Assembly: GCA_041946735.1 (NCBI GenBank)
Contig: JBHGAY010000015.1
Coordinates: 1 to 64,000, forward strand
Direction: 5' to 3'
DNA length: 64,000 nucleotides
Origin: Candidatus Eiseniibacteriota bacterium
GTDB lineage: Bacteria > Eisenbacteria > RBG-16-71-46 > CAIMUX01 > VGJL01
The notes beneath the pieces are model-generated. The model saw only the letters and a list, made by a program, of their open reading frames with translations. It had not been told where the DNA came from and searched no databases. Positions 55,600 through 64,000 of this stretch are shown here, piece after piece. The position numbers were made by a program, and so were the translations under genes. The first letter of the stretch is position 1. Every line of letters starts with the position of its first letter.

Positions 55600-57449
55600 G
55601 CGGGCACGCCACGGGAATCACGCAACGGCGATCCCCGTCCCGCCGACAACCGTACCGGCACGCGCAACGTCACGGACGTTCCCTCGCCCACGCGGGACTC
55701 GATCTTCATGTCTCCCGCGTGCATGTGCATCGCCTGCATCACGAGCGCCAGGCCAACCCCCGTCCCCTCGCCGCGCGTCGTGAAGTAGAGGTCCGCGACC
55801 TTGTCGAGGTGCTCGGGGGGGATCCCGGGGCCGGTGTCGGAGACGACGATCTGAATCTCATTCCCCTCGGTGCGGCTCCGCACCAGGACCCGTCCCTCTC
55901 TGGAGGGGAGCGCCTGGATCGCATTGCGGACGACGTTCTCGACCGCTTGACGGAGCACCGATCGATCCCCTTGAGTCTCGGGAATCGCCGGATCCGGATG
56001 GAACTCCAGCTCCAGCCCGGCGAGGTTCGCCTCGGCTTCCATGCCCTGCTGGATCTCCTCGAGCAGATCGTTGACGTCGAGCGGAGCATACACGAGCTGT
56101 CGCAGGCGGGCGACCTTCAGGAAGCCGCTGACCGCGCGCTGCAGCCGCTGGATTTCGTCCTGCGCGGTACGTACGTGGCTATCGACCTCCTCCATGCTCA
56201 GATTGCGCGATTGCCGGAGGATGCCCAGCTCCAGGTTGATCGTCTGGAGCGGGTTGCGGATCTCGTGGGCCACACCGGCCGCCATCTGTCCGAGCCGGGT
56301 CAGCACTTTCGAATGGTCGATCAGTAGATGCAGCTCCTCGAGCGCCGTCGTCTCCTTGAACTCGATCAGGACGCCCGCGGGAGCGTCCGCGCCCGTGATG
56401 CGGTGACCGATCGCGACGTGCGCGGGGGCGTTCCCGGAGGGCGGCAACGGGACCGAGAAGGTCCCTTCCTCCGGTGATGCGTTGTCGTAGAGCCGGTCCG
56501 CCAGCACGCGCACCGGATGATCGGGCGCCAGCAGCTCATCGATCCGCTTCCCGCGCGAGGATTCGAGGTCGATTCCGAGGAGTCCTGCCGTGGTCGCGTT
56601 GATGAGAACGATCTCGCGGCGCGGGCCGAGCGTCAGGACACCTTCCCCGAGAAGCTCGACCGTCTTGCGGAAGGAGCCGAGATGCTCGCGATCCGCGCTC
56701 TCTTTCGAGAACTGCTCGGAAAGGAGGTTCAGGTCACGAGCGAGCTGGCTGAATTCGTCGACTCCCTCGGGGATCCGGCTCTCGTAGCGGCCCTCGCGCA
56801 TCGCGGCGACGCTCGTCTCGAACTGGCGGAGGCGGCGCGTGAGGAGATAGGCGAGCGCGAGGCCGAACAGCAGAGCCAGCCCGAGCTGGAAGCCCGCGGC
56901 GAGCGCCCCACGGCGAGCGACCTCCGCCATCCGCTCCTTCAAGAGAACGCTCGCGATCGCGATCCGGATCGTCGCGAACGGAGTGCCGTCCAGCAGCAGC
57001 GGGGTTTCGGTCTGGTAGACGTCCGCCGAACGGATCACGTCCCGGAAGAGGGCGAGCGTCTGCTGGAGCGTCTTCGCCTCGGGCAGCGGCGGGAGCGGGT
57101 CCGCCGGGCGGTCGACCATCCCCCGCTCGGTGCTGGCGATGACGACGTCGCTGGAATCACAAATCGCGACGAAGACGACGGCGGGGGCCTGAGCGGTCGC
57201 GGCCTGCATCACGAGTGGAAGACGGGGATCGGACCGGATGCGGCGGATCAGGTCTTCCCCCCGGTCCTTTCCGGCGAGCCAGCCGATCTGCAGCAGCGCG
57301 GACTGCGAGATCAAGGCGCTCTCGCTCCGGACTCCGTCGAGCGCCATGCGCATGACGTAGGTCATCTCGAGGAGTCCCGAGATCGAGACGAGGACGACGG
57401 CAAGCAGGAGCAGCGCGAGGATCTGGCGCGCGCTCCACTCGATTTTCAC
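55596..57449 (-). CDS. Membrane sensor histidine kinase (HAMP, PAS, HisKA, HATPase)
   Basis: AAGVAHEIRNPL, NVVRNAIQA, DTGPGI, GTGVGL; GTGA overlap. Confidence 0.93.
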   Translation of the reverse strand: MKIEWSARQILALLLLAVVLVSISGLLEMTYVMRMALDGVRSESALISQSALLQIGWLAGKDRGEDLIRRIRSDPRLPLVMQAATAQAPAVVFVAICDSSDVVIASTERGMVDRPADPLPPLPEAKTLQQTLALFRDVIRSADVYQTETPLLLDGTPFATIRIAIASVLLKERMAEVARRGALAAGFQLGLALLFGLALAYLLTRRLRQFETSVAAMREGRYESRIPEGVDEFSQLARDLNLLSEQFSKESADREHLGSFRKTVELLGEGVLTLGPRREIVLINATTAGLLGIDLESSRGKRIDELLAPDHPVRVLADRLYDNASPEEGTFSVPLPPSGNAPAHVAIGHRITGADAPAGVLIEFKETTALEELHLLIDHSKVLTRLGQMAAGVAHEIRNPLQTINLELGILRQSRNLSMEEVDSHVRTAQDEIQRLQRAVSGFLKVARLRQLVYAPLDVNDLLEEIQQGMEAEANLAGLELEFHPDPAIPETQGDRSVLRQAVENVVRNAIQALPSREGRVLVRSRTEGNEIQIVVSDTGPGIPPEHLDKVADLYFTTRGEGTGVGLALVMQAMHMHAGDMKIESRVGEGTSVTLRVPVRLSAGRGSPLRDSRGVPA

Positions 57450-58840
57450 GATCCGGCCTGCGCTCGGGTTTCGGCGCCCGCTCGATAGCTGCGCAGTTTC
57501 ATGTGCAAGGTCTTGGTGCTGATCCCCAGCAGACCCGACGCGCGCGTCTTGTTGCCCCCGCACGCTTCGAGGGTTTCGAGGATCACTGCCTTCTCTACCT
57601 CCGAGAGAGGGGTGCCGACCGAAACCGAGAGACTTCCGGCCTTCGTCGGGTTCTTCCGCACGCTCGGCCGCACCGCCGGGGGAAGTTGGGACGGCTGAAT
57701 CTCTTCCTCCTTGGAGAGGATGACGGCGCGCTGGATCGCATTACGCAGCTCACGGACGTTGCCGGGCCAGTCGTACTGCATGAGCAGCTGGAGCGTCTCC
57801 TCGGCAAAGCCCACGACCGGCTTCTGGTTCTCCTGCGCGTACTCTTCGAGGAAGCTCTGCGCGAGGAGCGGAATGTCCTCCGGGCGCTCCCGCAGCGGTG
57901 GAATGTGCAACGTGAAGACGTTCAGCCGGAAATACAGGTCCTCACGGAAATGCCCCGCTCCCATGCGCTGCTCGACATCCATGTTCGTTGCGGCGAGAAC
58001 GCGTACGTCGACCGGAGTCTCGCGCTGGCCGCCAACGCGGCGGACCTTCCGTTCCTCGAGGACGCGCAACAGCTTGCTCTGCAATGCGGCCGGCATCTCC
58101 CCGATCTCGTCGAGAAAGAGAGTCCCTTTGTCGGCGAGCTCGAACGTCCCCGGCCGCGACGCGGTCGCGCCGGTGAAGGCCCCCTTCTCGTGCCCGAAGA
58201 TCTCGCTCTCGAGAAGCGTCTCCGGAATCGCGGCGCAGTTGATCGCGACGAACCTCGCTGCGCTTCGGGGGCTCAGGTTGTGGATCGCCCGCGCCACCAC
58301 TTCCTTGCCGGTTCCGCTCTCTCCCGTAATGAGCACGGAGGCGGAGGAAGGAGCGATCTGATCGATCATCCGGTAGAGCTCGAGCATGGGAGGCGACTTC
58401 CCGATCAGACTCTGGAATCGTCCGCTCCGAACCATCTCCCGGCGGAGGTCCAGGACTTCCTGCCGCATCGACGCGCGCTCGAGCCCCTTGAAGATCACCG
58501 TCGCGAGGCGCTCCGGATCGACCGGCTTGACCAGGTAGTCGTAGACGCCGCGACGGGTCGCTTCGACCGCGCTGTCGATCGTGCCGTGCGCTGTAAGGAC
58601 AACGAGGGTCGCCTCGATTCCGCGGTCGCTCAGGTCCGAGATGAGGTCGAGCCCGCTCCTTCCCGGGAGCTGCAGGTCGGTGATGACGAGGTCCGGGGGA
58701 GACGTAAGTGCTTTCTGAAGTGCTTCTTCTGCGCCTTCGGCGAGGTCGACGGTGTGTCCCATCCCCGAGATGATCCGCGCGAGTCCCTTGCGGATCGGCT
58801 CCTCATCGTCGACGACGAGAATCCGAGTCTCCTTCGGCAT
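57446..58840 (-). CDS. sigma54-dependent response regulator (NtrC/AtoC/ZraR family)
   Basis: Receiver ILVVDDE..DLQLP; GESGTGKE, GAFTGA, LDEIGEM, WPGNVREL; Fis-type HTH. Confidence 0.95.
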   Translation of the reverse strand: MPKETRILVVDDEEPIRKGLARIISGMGHTVDLAEGAEEALQKALTSPPDLVITDLQLPGRSGLDLISDLSDRGIEATLVVLTAHGTIDSAVEATRRGVYDYLVKPVDPERLATVIFKGLERASMRQEVLDLRREMVRSGRFQSLIGKSPPMLELYRMIDQIAPSSASVLITGESGTGKEVVARAIHNLSPRSAARFVAINCAAIPETLLESEIFGHEKGAFTGATASRPGTFELADKGTLFLDEIGEMPAALQSKLLRVLEERKVRRVGGQRETPVDVRVLAATNMDVEQRMGAGHFREDLYFRLNVFTLHIPPLRERPEDIPLLAQSFLEEYAQENQKPVVGFAEETLQLLMQYDWPGNVRELRNAIQRAVILSKEEEIQPSQLPPAVRPSVRKNPTKAGSLSVSVGTPLSEVEKAVILETLEACGGNKTRASGLLGISTKTLHMKLRSYRAGAETRAQAGS

Positions 58841-58889
58841 GTGATCCCCCTCCCTGGAATCGCCGACGATACTCCAAGCCGGACCTGAC

Positions 58890-58925
58890 CGGGAAGAAAG
58901 GTAACACTACGCACCTTTCATCCCG
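58890..58925. promoter_or_regulatory. 13-bp inverted repeat, candidate activator-binding site
   Basis: cgggaagaaaggt-N10-acctttcatcccg (1 mismatch), between the divergent regulator and OmpA genes. Confidence 0.4.
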
Positions 58926-59033
58926 CAAGCACAAGCGTCGCTGGTCTCGCGGATGGACGAACTCCGGGACGCCTGGAGAGTTAAGGCGCTGAAGCAGATC
59001 AGCTTGCAGGCGCCTCCCTCAGCGTGCGCTCCA

Positions 59034-59048
59034 TGGCACGCCGCTGGT
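59034..59048 (+). promoter_or_regulatory. Possible sigma54 promoter for the OmpA lipoprotein
   Basis: TGGCACG-N4-TGGT: perfect -24 element, imperfect -12 element. Confidence 0.35.
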
Positions 59049-59088
59049 TAGTGCCTAAGGCATGGACCGAGTGCGAGGAGGTAACTGC

Positions 59089-59745
59089 GTGAGCAACTGG
59101 AGAGCGCCCGTCTGGATGGCCGTCGTTGGACTCAGCGTATTGGGACTCGGGTCGGGATGCGCCACCCGGGGTTACGTGAGAAGCCAGGTAGCGGACGCCC
59201 GAGCCGACCTTCAGCAGCAGATCGAAGATGTTCGGAACTCGTCCAGCCAGGCGCTCGAGCGAGCGGAACTGGCCTATGGGCAGTCGAACGAAGCCAAGGA
59301 CTTGGCACTCGGCCGCGTGGGATTCCATGAGGTAACCCAGTACACGTTGCGATTCGACTTCGACAGCGATGAGCTCGACGGTGAAGCGATAGAGACACTG
59401 AACCAGACCGCAGACCAGATCCAGAGCCGTCCTGATGTTCTGGTCGACGTGTATGGGTTCGCCGATCGGACGGGATCCGAACGATATAACTACGAGCTAG
59501 GCCAGCGTCGTGCGAACGAGGTGATGCGCTATCTCCTCGACCGCATGCCCAGCCAGCTGAACCGCTTCGCCGCGGTCTCCTACGGCGAGGACAAGCCTCT
59601 CGGGGAGCAGGAAACCCCCGAGGAACGGGCGGCCAACCGCAGGGTCGTGGTTTCTCTCATCGAAAGGGTCCCGTTGGAGCAACAGAACCAGGCGCAGGCG
59701 ATCCCCGAAGAGGTCCCTGAAGAGGGATCGCAGGCATCGGAATAG
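59089..59745 (+). CDS. OmpA family peptidoglycan-binding lipoprotein
   Basis: Lipobox GSGC; FDFDSDEL, GFADRTG..YNYELGQRRA, SYGEDKP, NRRV; SD GAGGAGG. Confidence 0.92.
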   Translation: MSNWRAPVWMAVVGLSVLGLGSGCATRGYVRSQVADARADLQQQIEDVRNSSSQALERAELAYGQSNEAKDLALGRVGFHEVTQYTLRFDFDSDELDGEAIETLNQTADQIQSRPDVLVDVYGFADRTGSERYNYELGQRRANEVMRYLLDRMPSQLNRFAAVSYGEDKPLGEQETPEERAANRRVVVSLIERVPLEQQNQAQAIPEEVPEEGSQASE

Positions 59746-60013
59746 CGACCGAGACGCGATAGAAAGAGTTCGAAAAGAAGACGCGGACTCCTCCCGGAGC
59801 GGGACGTTGTGCATGCCCCTCGCCCGTCCCCTCTGCGGAGGAGTCCAAATTTTTTGCCCCGATTGACGCCCTTCCCCTGGGTTCCCTACTCTCTCCTTCG
59901 TTCGCATGCACGGCGCTGCGGCGCCAGGCCGGCTGCCCGCGATTCCTTTGGGGGCCGGGAGGGTCGGGTTGGAGTCAACCGCTTGCGGCGCAAGCGGTTC
60001 GAGGAGGTGGATC

Positions 60014-61195
60014 GTGAAGCGCAACGTCGTGTCGATGCCGGGAGACGGAATCGGGAAGGTCGTCCTCCCCGAGGCGATCCGAGTCCTGGACGCGGTCGGG
60101 TTCGAAGCGAACTACATCCATGGCGATATCGGCTGGGAGTTCTGGTGCAGCGAGGGCAACGCCCTCCCGGACCGGACCATCTCGCTCCTCGAGGAGCACA
60201 AGCTCGGCCTCTTCGGCGCGATCACGTCCAAGCCCAAGGACAAGGCGGAGGCGGATCTCTCGCCAGCGTTGAAGGGGAAGGGGCACGTCTACTACAGCCC
60301 CATCGTCACGATGCGGCAGAAGTTCGATCTCGACATCTGCATCCGCCCCTGCATCGCCTTCGAAGGCAACCCGCTGAACTGGATCCGCAAGGACGGTCGC
60401 GGGAGCATCGAGGAGCCGAAGGTCGACGTCGTGATCTTCCGGCAGAACACCGAAGGGCTCTATAGCGGCATCGAGTGGACGAACCCGCCCGAGAACGTCC
60501 GCGCCGCCCTCGCGAGCCATTCGAAGTGGAAGATGTACCAAAAGGTCGCAGGACCGGATCTCGCCGTGTCGACGCGCGTCATCACGCGCCCAGCCGCCGA
60601 AAGGATCTGCCGCAACGCGTTCGAGTACGCGAAGAAGTTCGGCTACAAGTCGGTGACGATCTGTGAGAAGCCGAACGTCCTTCGTGAAACCTCCGGGATG
60701 ATGGAGTCCGTGGCGAAGCAGGTGGCGAAGGACTTTCCGGGCATCCCTCTCTGGTCGGTGAACATCGACGCGCTCATGATGTGGCTCACGAAGAACCCCG
60801 AGGCGTACGGGGTGATCGTGGCGAGCAACATGTTCGGCGACATCATCAGCGACGGCTTCGCGGGATTGGTCGGCGGGCTCGGGTTCGCATGCAGCGGCAA
60901 CATCGGCCGCAATTGCGCGGTCTTCGAACCGACCCACGGGTCCGCGCCGAAGTACGAGAAGCTTGATCCTTCGATCGTCAATCCGATCGCGATGATCCTT
61001 TCCGCGGTGATGATGCTCGAGCACGTCGGGGAGACCGCGAAGGCTTCGCGGATCAAGAGCGCGATCGCCGCAGTGATCCGCGAGGGGAAAGTCCGTACAT
61101 ACGACATGATGCGGCTCACGGGCGGCCCCGACGTGTTCGGGAAGGGCGCCGTGACCACGCAGCAGATGACCGACGCAATCCTGGCACATCTCTAG
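60014..61195 (+). CDS. Isocitrate/isopropylmalate dehydrogenase family protein
   Basis: PGDGIG, FRQNTEGLY, KPNVL, NMFGDIISD, FEPTHGSAPK, NPIAMILS; SD GAGGAGG. Confidence 0.93.
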   Translation: MKRNVVSMPGDGIGKVVLPEAIRVLDAVGFEANYIHGDIGWEFWCSEGNALPDRTISLLEEHKLGLFGAITSKPKDKAEADLSPALKGKGHVYYSPIVTMRQKFDLDICIRPCIAFEGNPLNWIRKDGRGSIEEPKVDVVIFRQNTEGLYSGIEWTNPPENVRAALASHSKWKMYQKVAGPDLAVSTRVITRPAAERICRNAFEYAKKFGYKSVTICEKPNVLRETSGMMESVAKQVAKDFPGIPLWSVNIDALMMWLTKNPEAYGVIVASNMFGDIISDGFAGLVGGLGFACSGNIGRNCAVFEPTHGSAPKYEKLDPSIVNPIAMILSAVMMLEHVGETAKASRIKSAIAAVIREGKVRTYDMMRLTGGPDVFGKGAVTTQQMTDAILAHL

Positions 61196-61270
61196 TCCAT
61201 CGACCGTCTGTCGATCGATCGTCTATTGATCGTCCATCGATCGTCGTCCGTCGTCGTCGGGTCGTCGACC
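61196..61270. repeat. About 11-bp degenerate intergenic tandem repeat
   Basis: tccatcgaccg, tctgtcgatcg, tctattgatcg, tccatcgatcg ... Confidence 0.6.
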
Positions 61271-61307
61271 GGCCGCTCTCCTCGGCCGGCAATGGGGGAG
61301 GTGGAGG

Positions 61308-62525
61308 ATGCCACACGCTGCCGAGGCGGGGCGCCGCGGAGCGGACGTTCGCTCGGACTGCTGGATCTCGATCACGCCCGAGTCCTCGGGCGGCGCGCGT
61401 CTCTCGATCCGGAGCAAGGTCGCTGCGATGTACGGAGGCGCAATCCAGGAGCAGATCGCGTCAGGGCTCGCGGAGCTTTCCATCCGTGACGCGACGGTCG
61501 AGGTCGAGGATGCCGGCGCGCTCCCGTGGGTCATCGCCGCTCGTCTGGAAGCGGCCGCCCGGCGCGCCTACGGGCCAGCGCTTGCCGGGCGCCTGCTCCC
61601 TCCCGCGAGTCCCGGGGCGAGCGCGACGACGGAGCGGGAGCGCTTCCGGCGCTCGCGCCTCTACCTACCCGGCAACGAACCGAAGTTCATGGTCAACGCC
61701 GGCCTGCACGGCGCCGACGGCATCATCCTCGATCTCGAGGACTCGGTAGCGCCGGCCGAGAAGGACGCGGCGCGGCTCCTCGTCCGCAACGCGCTCCGGT
61801 CGGTCGACTTCGGCGCGTGCGAGCGGATGGTCCGGATCAACCAGCTGCCGATGGGCTTCGACGATCTCGAGGCGGTGATCCCGGAGAACGTCCACGTCGT
61901 CCTGATCCCGAAGTGCGAGTCGGCGCAGCACGTGCACGACGTGGAGGCGAAGATCCGGAGCCTCCGCCGCTCCGACGATCCGCAGGTCTTCCTGATGCCG
62001 ATCCTCGAGACGGCGCTCGGAGTCTTGAACGCCTTCGAAATCGCGACGGCGAGCCGGGCGATCGTGGCACTGACGATCGGACTGGAGGACTACACGGCGG
62101 ACATCGGGACCGCGCGCACCGAGCAGGGAGCGGAGTCGCTGTGGGCACGCTCGATGGTGATCAACGCCGCGCGCGCGGCCGGCGTCGCCCCGATCGACAG
62201 CGTCTACTCGGACGTGATGAACACCGAGGGGCTGCGGGCGAGCGTCCTCGAGGCGAAGGCGCTCGGGTTCGAGGGGAAGGGCTGCATCCATCCCGGGCAG
62301 ATCCGCGTGATCCACGAGGGGTTTGCCCCTACCGCGGCCGAGATCGAGCGGGCGACGAAGATCGTTCGCGCGTTCGAGGATGCCGAGGCGAAGGGGCTCG
62401 GGGTGGTGTCGCTCGGAAGCAAGATGATCGACGCCCCGGTCGTGAAGAGGGCGAACCGGACGGTTCGCCTCGCGATCCGCTCGGGGAAGCTCGCGGAGGG
62501 CTGGAGGGACGCGCAGCAGGCGTGA
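61308..62525 (+). CDS. citE: Citrate lyase ACP (CitD) fused to citryl-CoA lyase (CitE)
   Basis: N-terminal RSDC...SKV..MYG..I...EDAGALPWVIAARLEAA (CitD-like); RRSRLYLPGN, ILDLEDSV, GKGCIHP, MIDAPV (CitE). Confidence 0.88.
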   Translation: MPHAAEAGRRGADVRSDCWISITPESSGGARLSIRSKVAAMYGGAIQEQIASGLAELSIRDATVEVEDAGALPWVIAARLEAAARRAYGPALAGRLLPPASPGASATTERERFRRSRLYLPGNEPKFMVNAGLHGADGIILDLEDSVAPAEKDAARLLVRNALRSVDFGACERMVRINQLPMGFDDLEAVIPENVHVVLIPKCESAQHVHDVEAKIRSLRRSDDPQVFLMPILETALGVLNAFEIATASRAIVALTIGLEDYTADIGTARTEQGAESLWARSMVINAARAAGVAPIDSVYSDVMNTEGLRASVLEAKALGFEGKGCIHPGQIRVIHEGFAPTAAEIERATKIVRAFEDAEAKGLGVVSLGSKMIDAPVVKRANRTVRLAIRSGKLAEGWRDAQQA

Positions 62526-62583
62526 ATCGGCTCGCGGCCGGCTGCCCGCAGGGGGGGAGGGGCCGGAGGGGGAGAGGGAAGCG

Positions 62584-64000
62584 ATGGCGCAGAAGCTGGT
62601 CAAGAATGCGGTAGGTCGGGAAGTCCCGGTCGAGATCAACGGAGAGCCTGCGGTCGCCTACCAGGGGGTCGGGAAAGACCGGCCGTCCGGACGGCGCGCG
62701 GCGCCGCCGATCGCCACCTGCGCGGACTATCCGGCCGACGGGAACAAGATCGTGCCCGATCTGCGCGCGGCGCTCGAGAAGGCCGGGCTGCGCGACGGGA
62801 TGACGATTTCGACGCACCACCACTTCCGCAACGGCGACCTGGTCGGGAACCGCGTGTTCGACATCGCGGCCGAGATGGGCGTGAAAGACCTGCGGTGGTT
62901 CCCGAGCGCCTCGTTCCCTTGCCACGCGCCGATGATCCGGCATCTCGAGAGCGGCGTGATCCATCACATCGAGGGGTCGATGAACGGTCCGCTCGGCGAC
63001 TACACCTCGCAGGGGAAGATGCGCGGCATGGCGGTGCTCCGCTCGCACGGCGGCCGCTATCAGGCGATCCAGGACGGCGAGGTCCATGTCGACATCGCCG
63101 TCATCGCGGCGCCGGAGGCCGACCCGTTCGGCAACGCGAACGGCCTCCATGGCCCATCAGCCTGCGGCGGCCTCGGGTTTGCCGTTGCCGACGCGGAGTA
63201 CGCCGATCGCGTCGTGGTCGTCACCGACAACCTGGTCCCGTTCCCGTGCGTGCCGTGGCAGATCAGCGGCAACCGCGTCGACTCGGTCGTCGTCGTCGAC
63301 CGGATCGGCGACCCGGCGCAGATCGTCTCCGGGACGACGCAGATCACCCGCAGCCCGGACCGGCTGCTGATCGCCGAGATGGTCGCCCGCTTCCTGGACG
63401 CGTCCGGGATTCTGCGCGATGGCTTCTCCTTCCAGGCAGGGGCCGGCGGGACGGCACTCGCCTTCGCGATCTACCTAAAGGAGATGATGAAGGAGCGGGG
63501 GATCCGGGCCCGCTTCATCCGGGGAGGCTCGACGAAGTACCTGGTCGAGATGCTCGAGGAGGGGTTGACCGATTACATCCTCGACGGGCAGACCTTCGAC
63601 CTCTTCGGCGTGCGCTCGATGGGGACGAACCCGCGCCACGTGAACACGACGCCGTTCACCTCCTACAACTATCACGGCAAGGGGAACTTCGCCTCGATGG
63701 TCGACGCGGTCGTGCTCGGAGCGACGGAAGTGGACGTCCACTTCCACGCGAACGTCGTCACCCACTCCGATGGCCGCCTGCTCCACGGAATCGGTGGATG
63801 GCAGAACTGCCTGTTCTCCGGATGCACGATCCTCGCGCTCCCTTCGTTCCGCGATCGCATCCCGGTGATCCTCGATTCCGTGACCACGTTGTGCGGCCCC
63901 GGCGAGCTGATCGACGTGATCGTCACGGAGCGCGGGATCGCGATCAATCCGCGCCGGACCGACCTGCTCGATGCCGTCCGTGGAAGCGATCTCCCGATCC
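62584..64000 (+). CDS. citF: Citrate lyase alpha subunit (citrate CoA-transferase); runs off the window end
   Basis: Translated by hand: MAQKLVKNAVGREVP...LRDGMTISTHHHFRNGD...RSHGGR...FSFQAGAGG...GATEVD...HGIGG. Confidence 0.92.
   Translation, partial: MAQKLVKNAVGREVPVEINGEPAVAYQGVGKDRPSGRRAAPPIATCADYPADGNKIVPDLRAALEKAGLRDGMTISTHHHFRNGDLVGNRVFDIAAEMGVKDLRWFPSASFPCHAPMIRHLESGVIHHIEGSMNGPLGDYTSQGKMRGMAVLRSHGGRYQAIQDGEVHVDIAVIAAPEADPFGNANGLHGPSACGGLGFAVADAEYADRVVVVTDNLVPFPCVPWQISGNRVDSVVVVDRIGDPAQIVSGTTQITRSPDRLLIAEMVARFLDASGILRDGFSFQAGAGGTALAFAIYLKEMMKERGIRARFIRGGSTKYLVEMLEEGLTDYILDGQTFDLFGVRSMGTNPRHVNTTPFTSYNYHGKGNFASMVDAVVLGATEVDVHFHANVVTHSDGRLLHGIGGWQNCLFSGCTILALPSFRDRIPVILDSVTTLCGPGELIDVIVTERGIAINPRRTDLLDAVRGSDLPI

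Noticed and set aside
1..64000. tRNA, rRNA, tmRNA, or prophage (HK97-fold shell gene)
   Set aside because: No such RNA signatures were recognised by eye (a tRNAscan/Rfam run would confirm). The shell gene is a cargo-linked encapsulin with no phage genes around it.

Overview
High-GC (roughly 70% by eye) bacterial chromosomal segment with about 50 protein-coding genes; I recognised no rRNA, tRNA, CRISPR array or transposase. Secreted proteins ending in FlgD-Ig-like domains and a lipoprotein ending in TTWGQIK point to Candidatus Eisenbacteria or a related FCB-associated lineage (inference only). Main contents, in order: a partial ABC transporter; an RsgA-RNHCP fusion behind a probable leader-peptide attenuator; a ParA-CBM48 fusion with a degenerate MinD-like partner; a Zn-finger PP2C phosphatase; pepT; yciH; fpr; an SPFH/NfeD pair; a Wzy-type polysaccharide locus; a TonB-dependent receptor; thrS; a C10 peptidase; mscL; a ferritin-like cargo plus family 1 encapsulin; an acyl-CoA dehydratase activase pair; a sigma54-type two-component system; an OmpA lipoprotein; and an IDH/IPMDH-family gene followed by citD-citE (fused) and citF. 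The most unusual locus is 17947-19926. It holds a non-coding, two-armed inverted array of about 18 degenerate 42-bp units, then an orphan, internally duplicated helical protein, then a nested, multi-stem RNA-like element of about 160 nt. No family I recognise explains this three-part arrangement.
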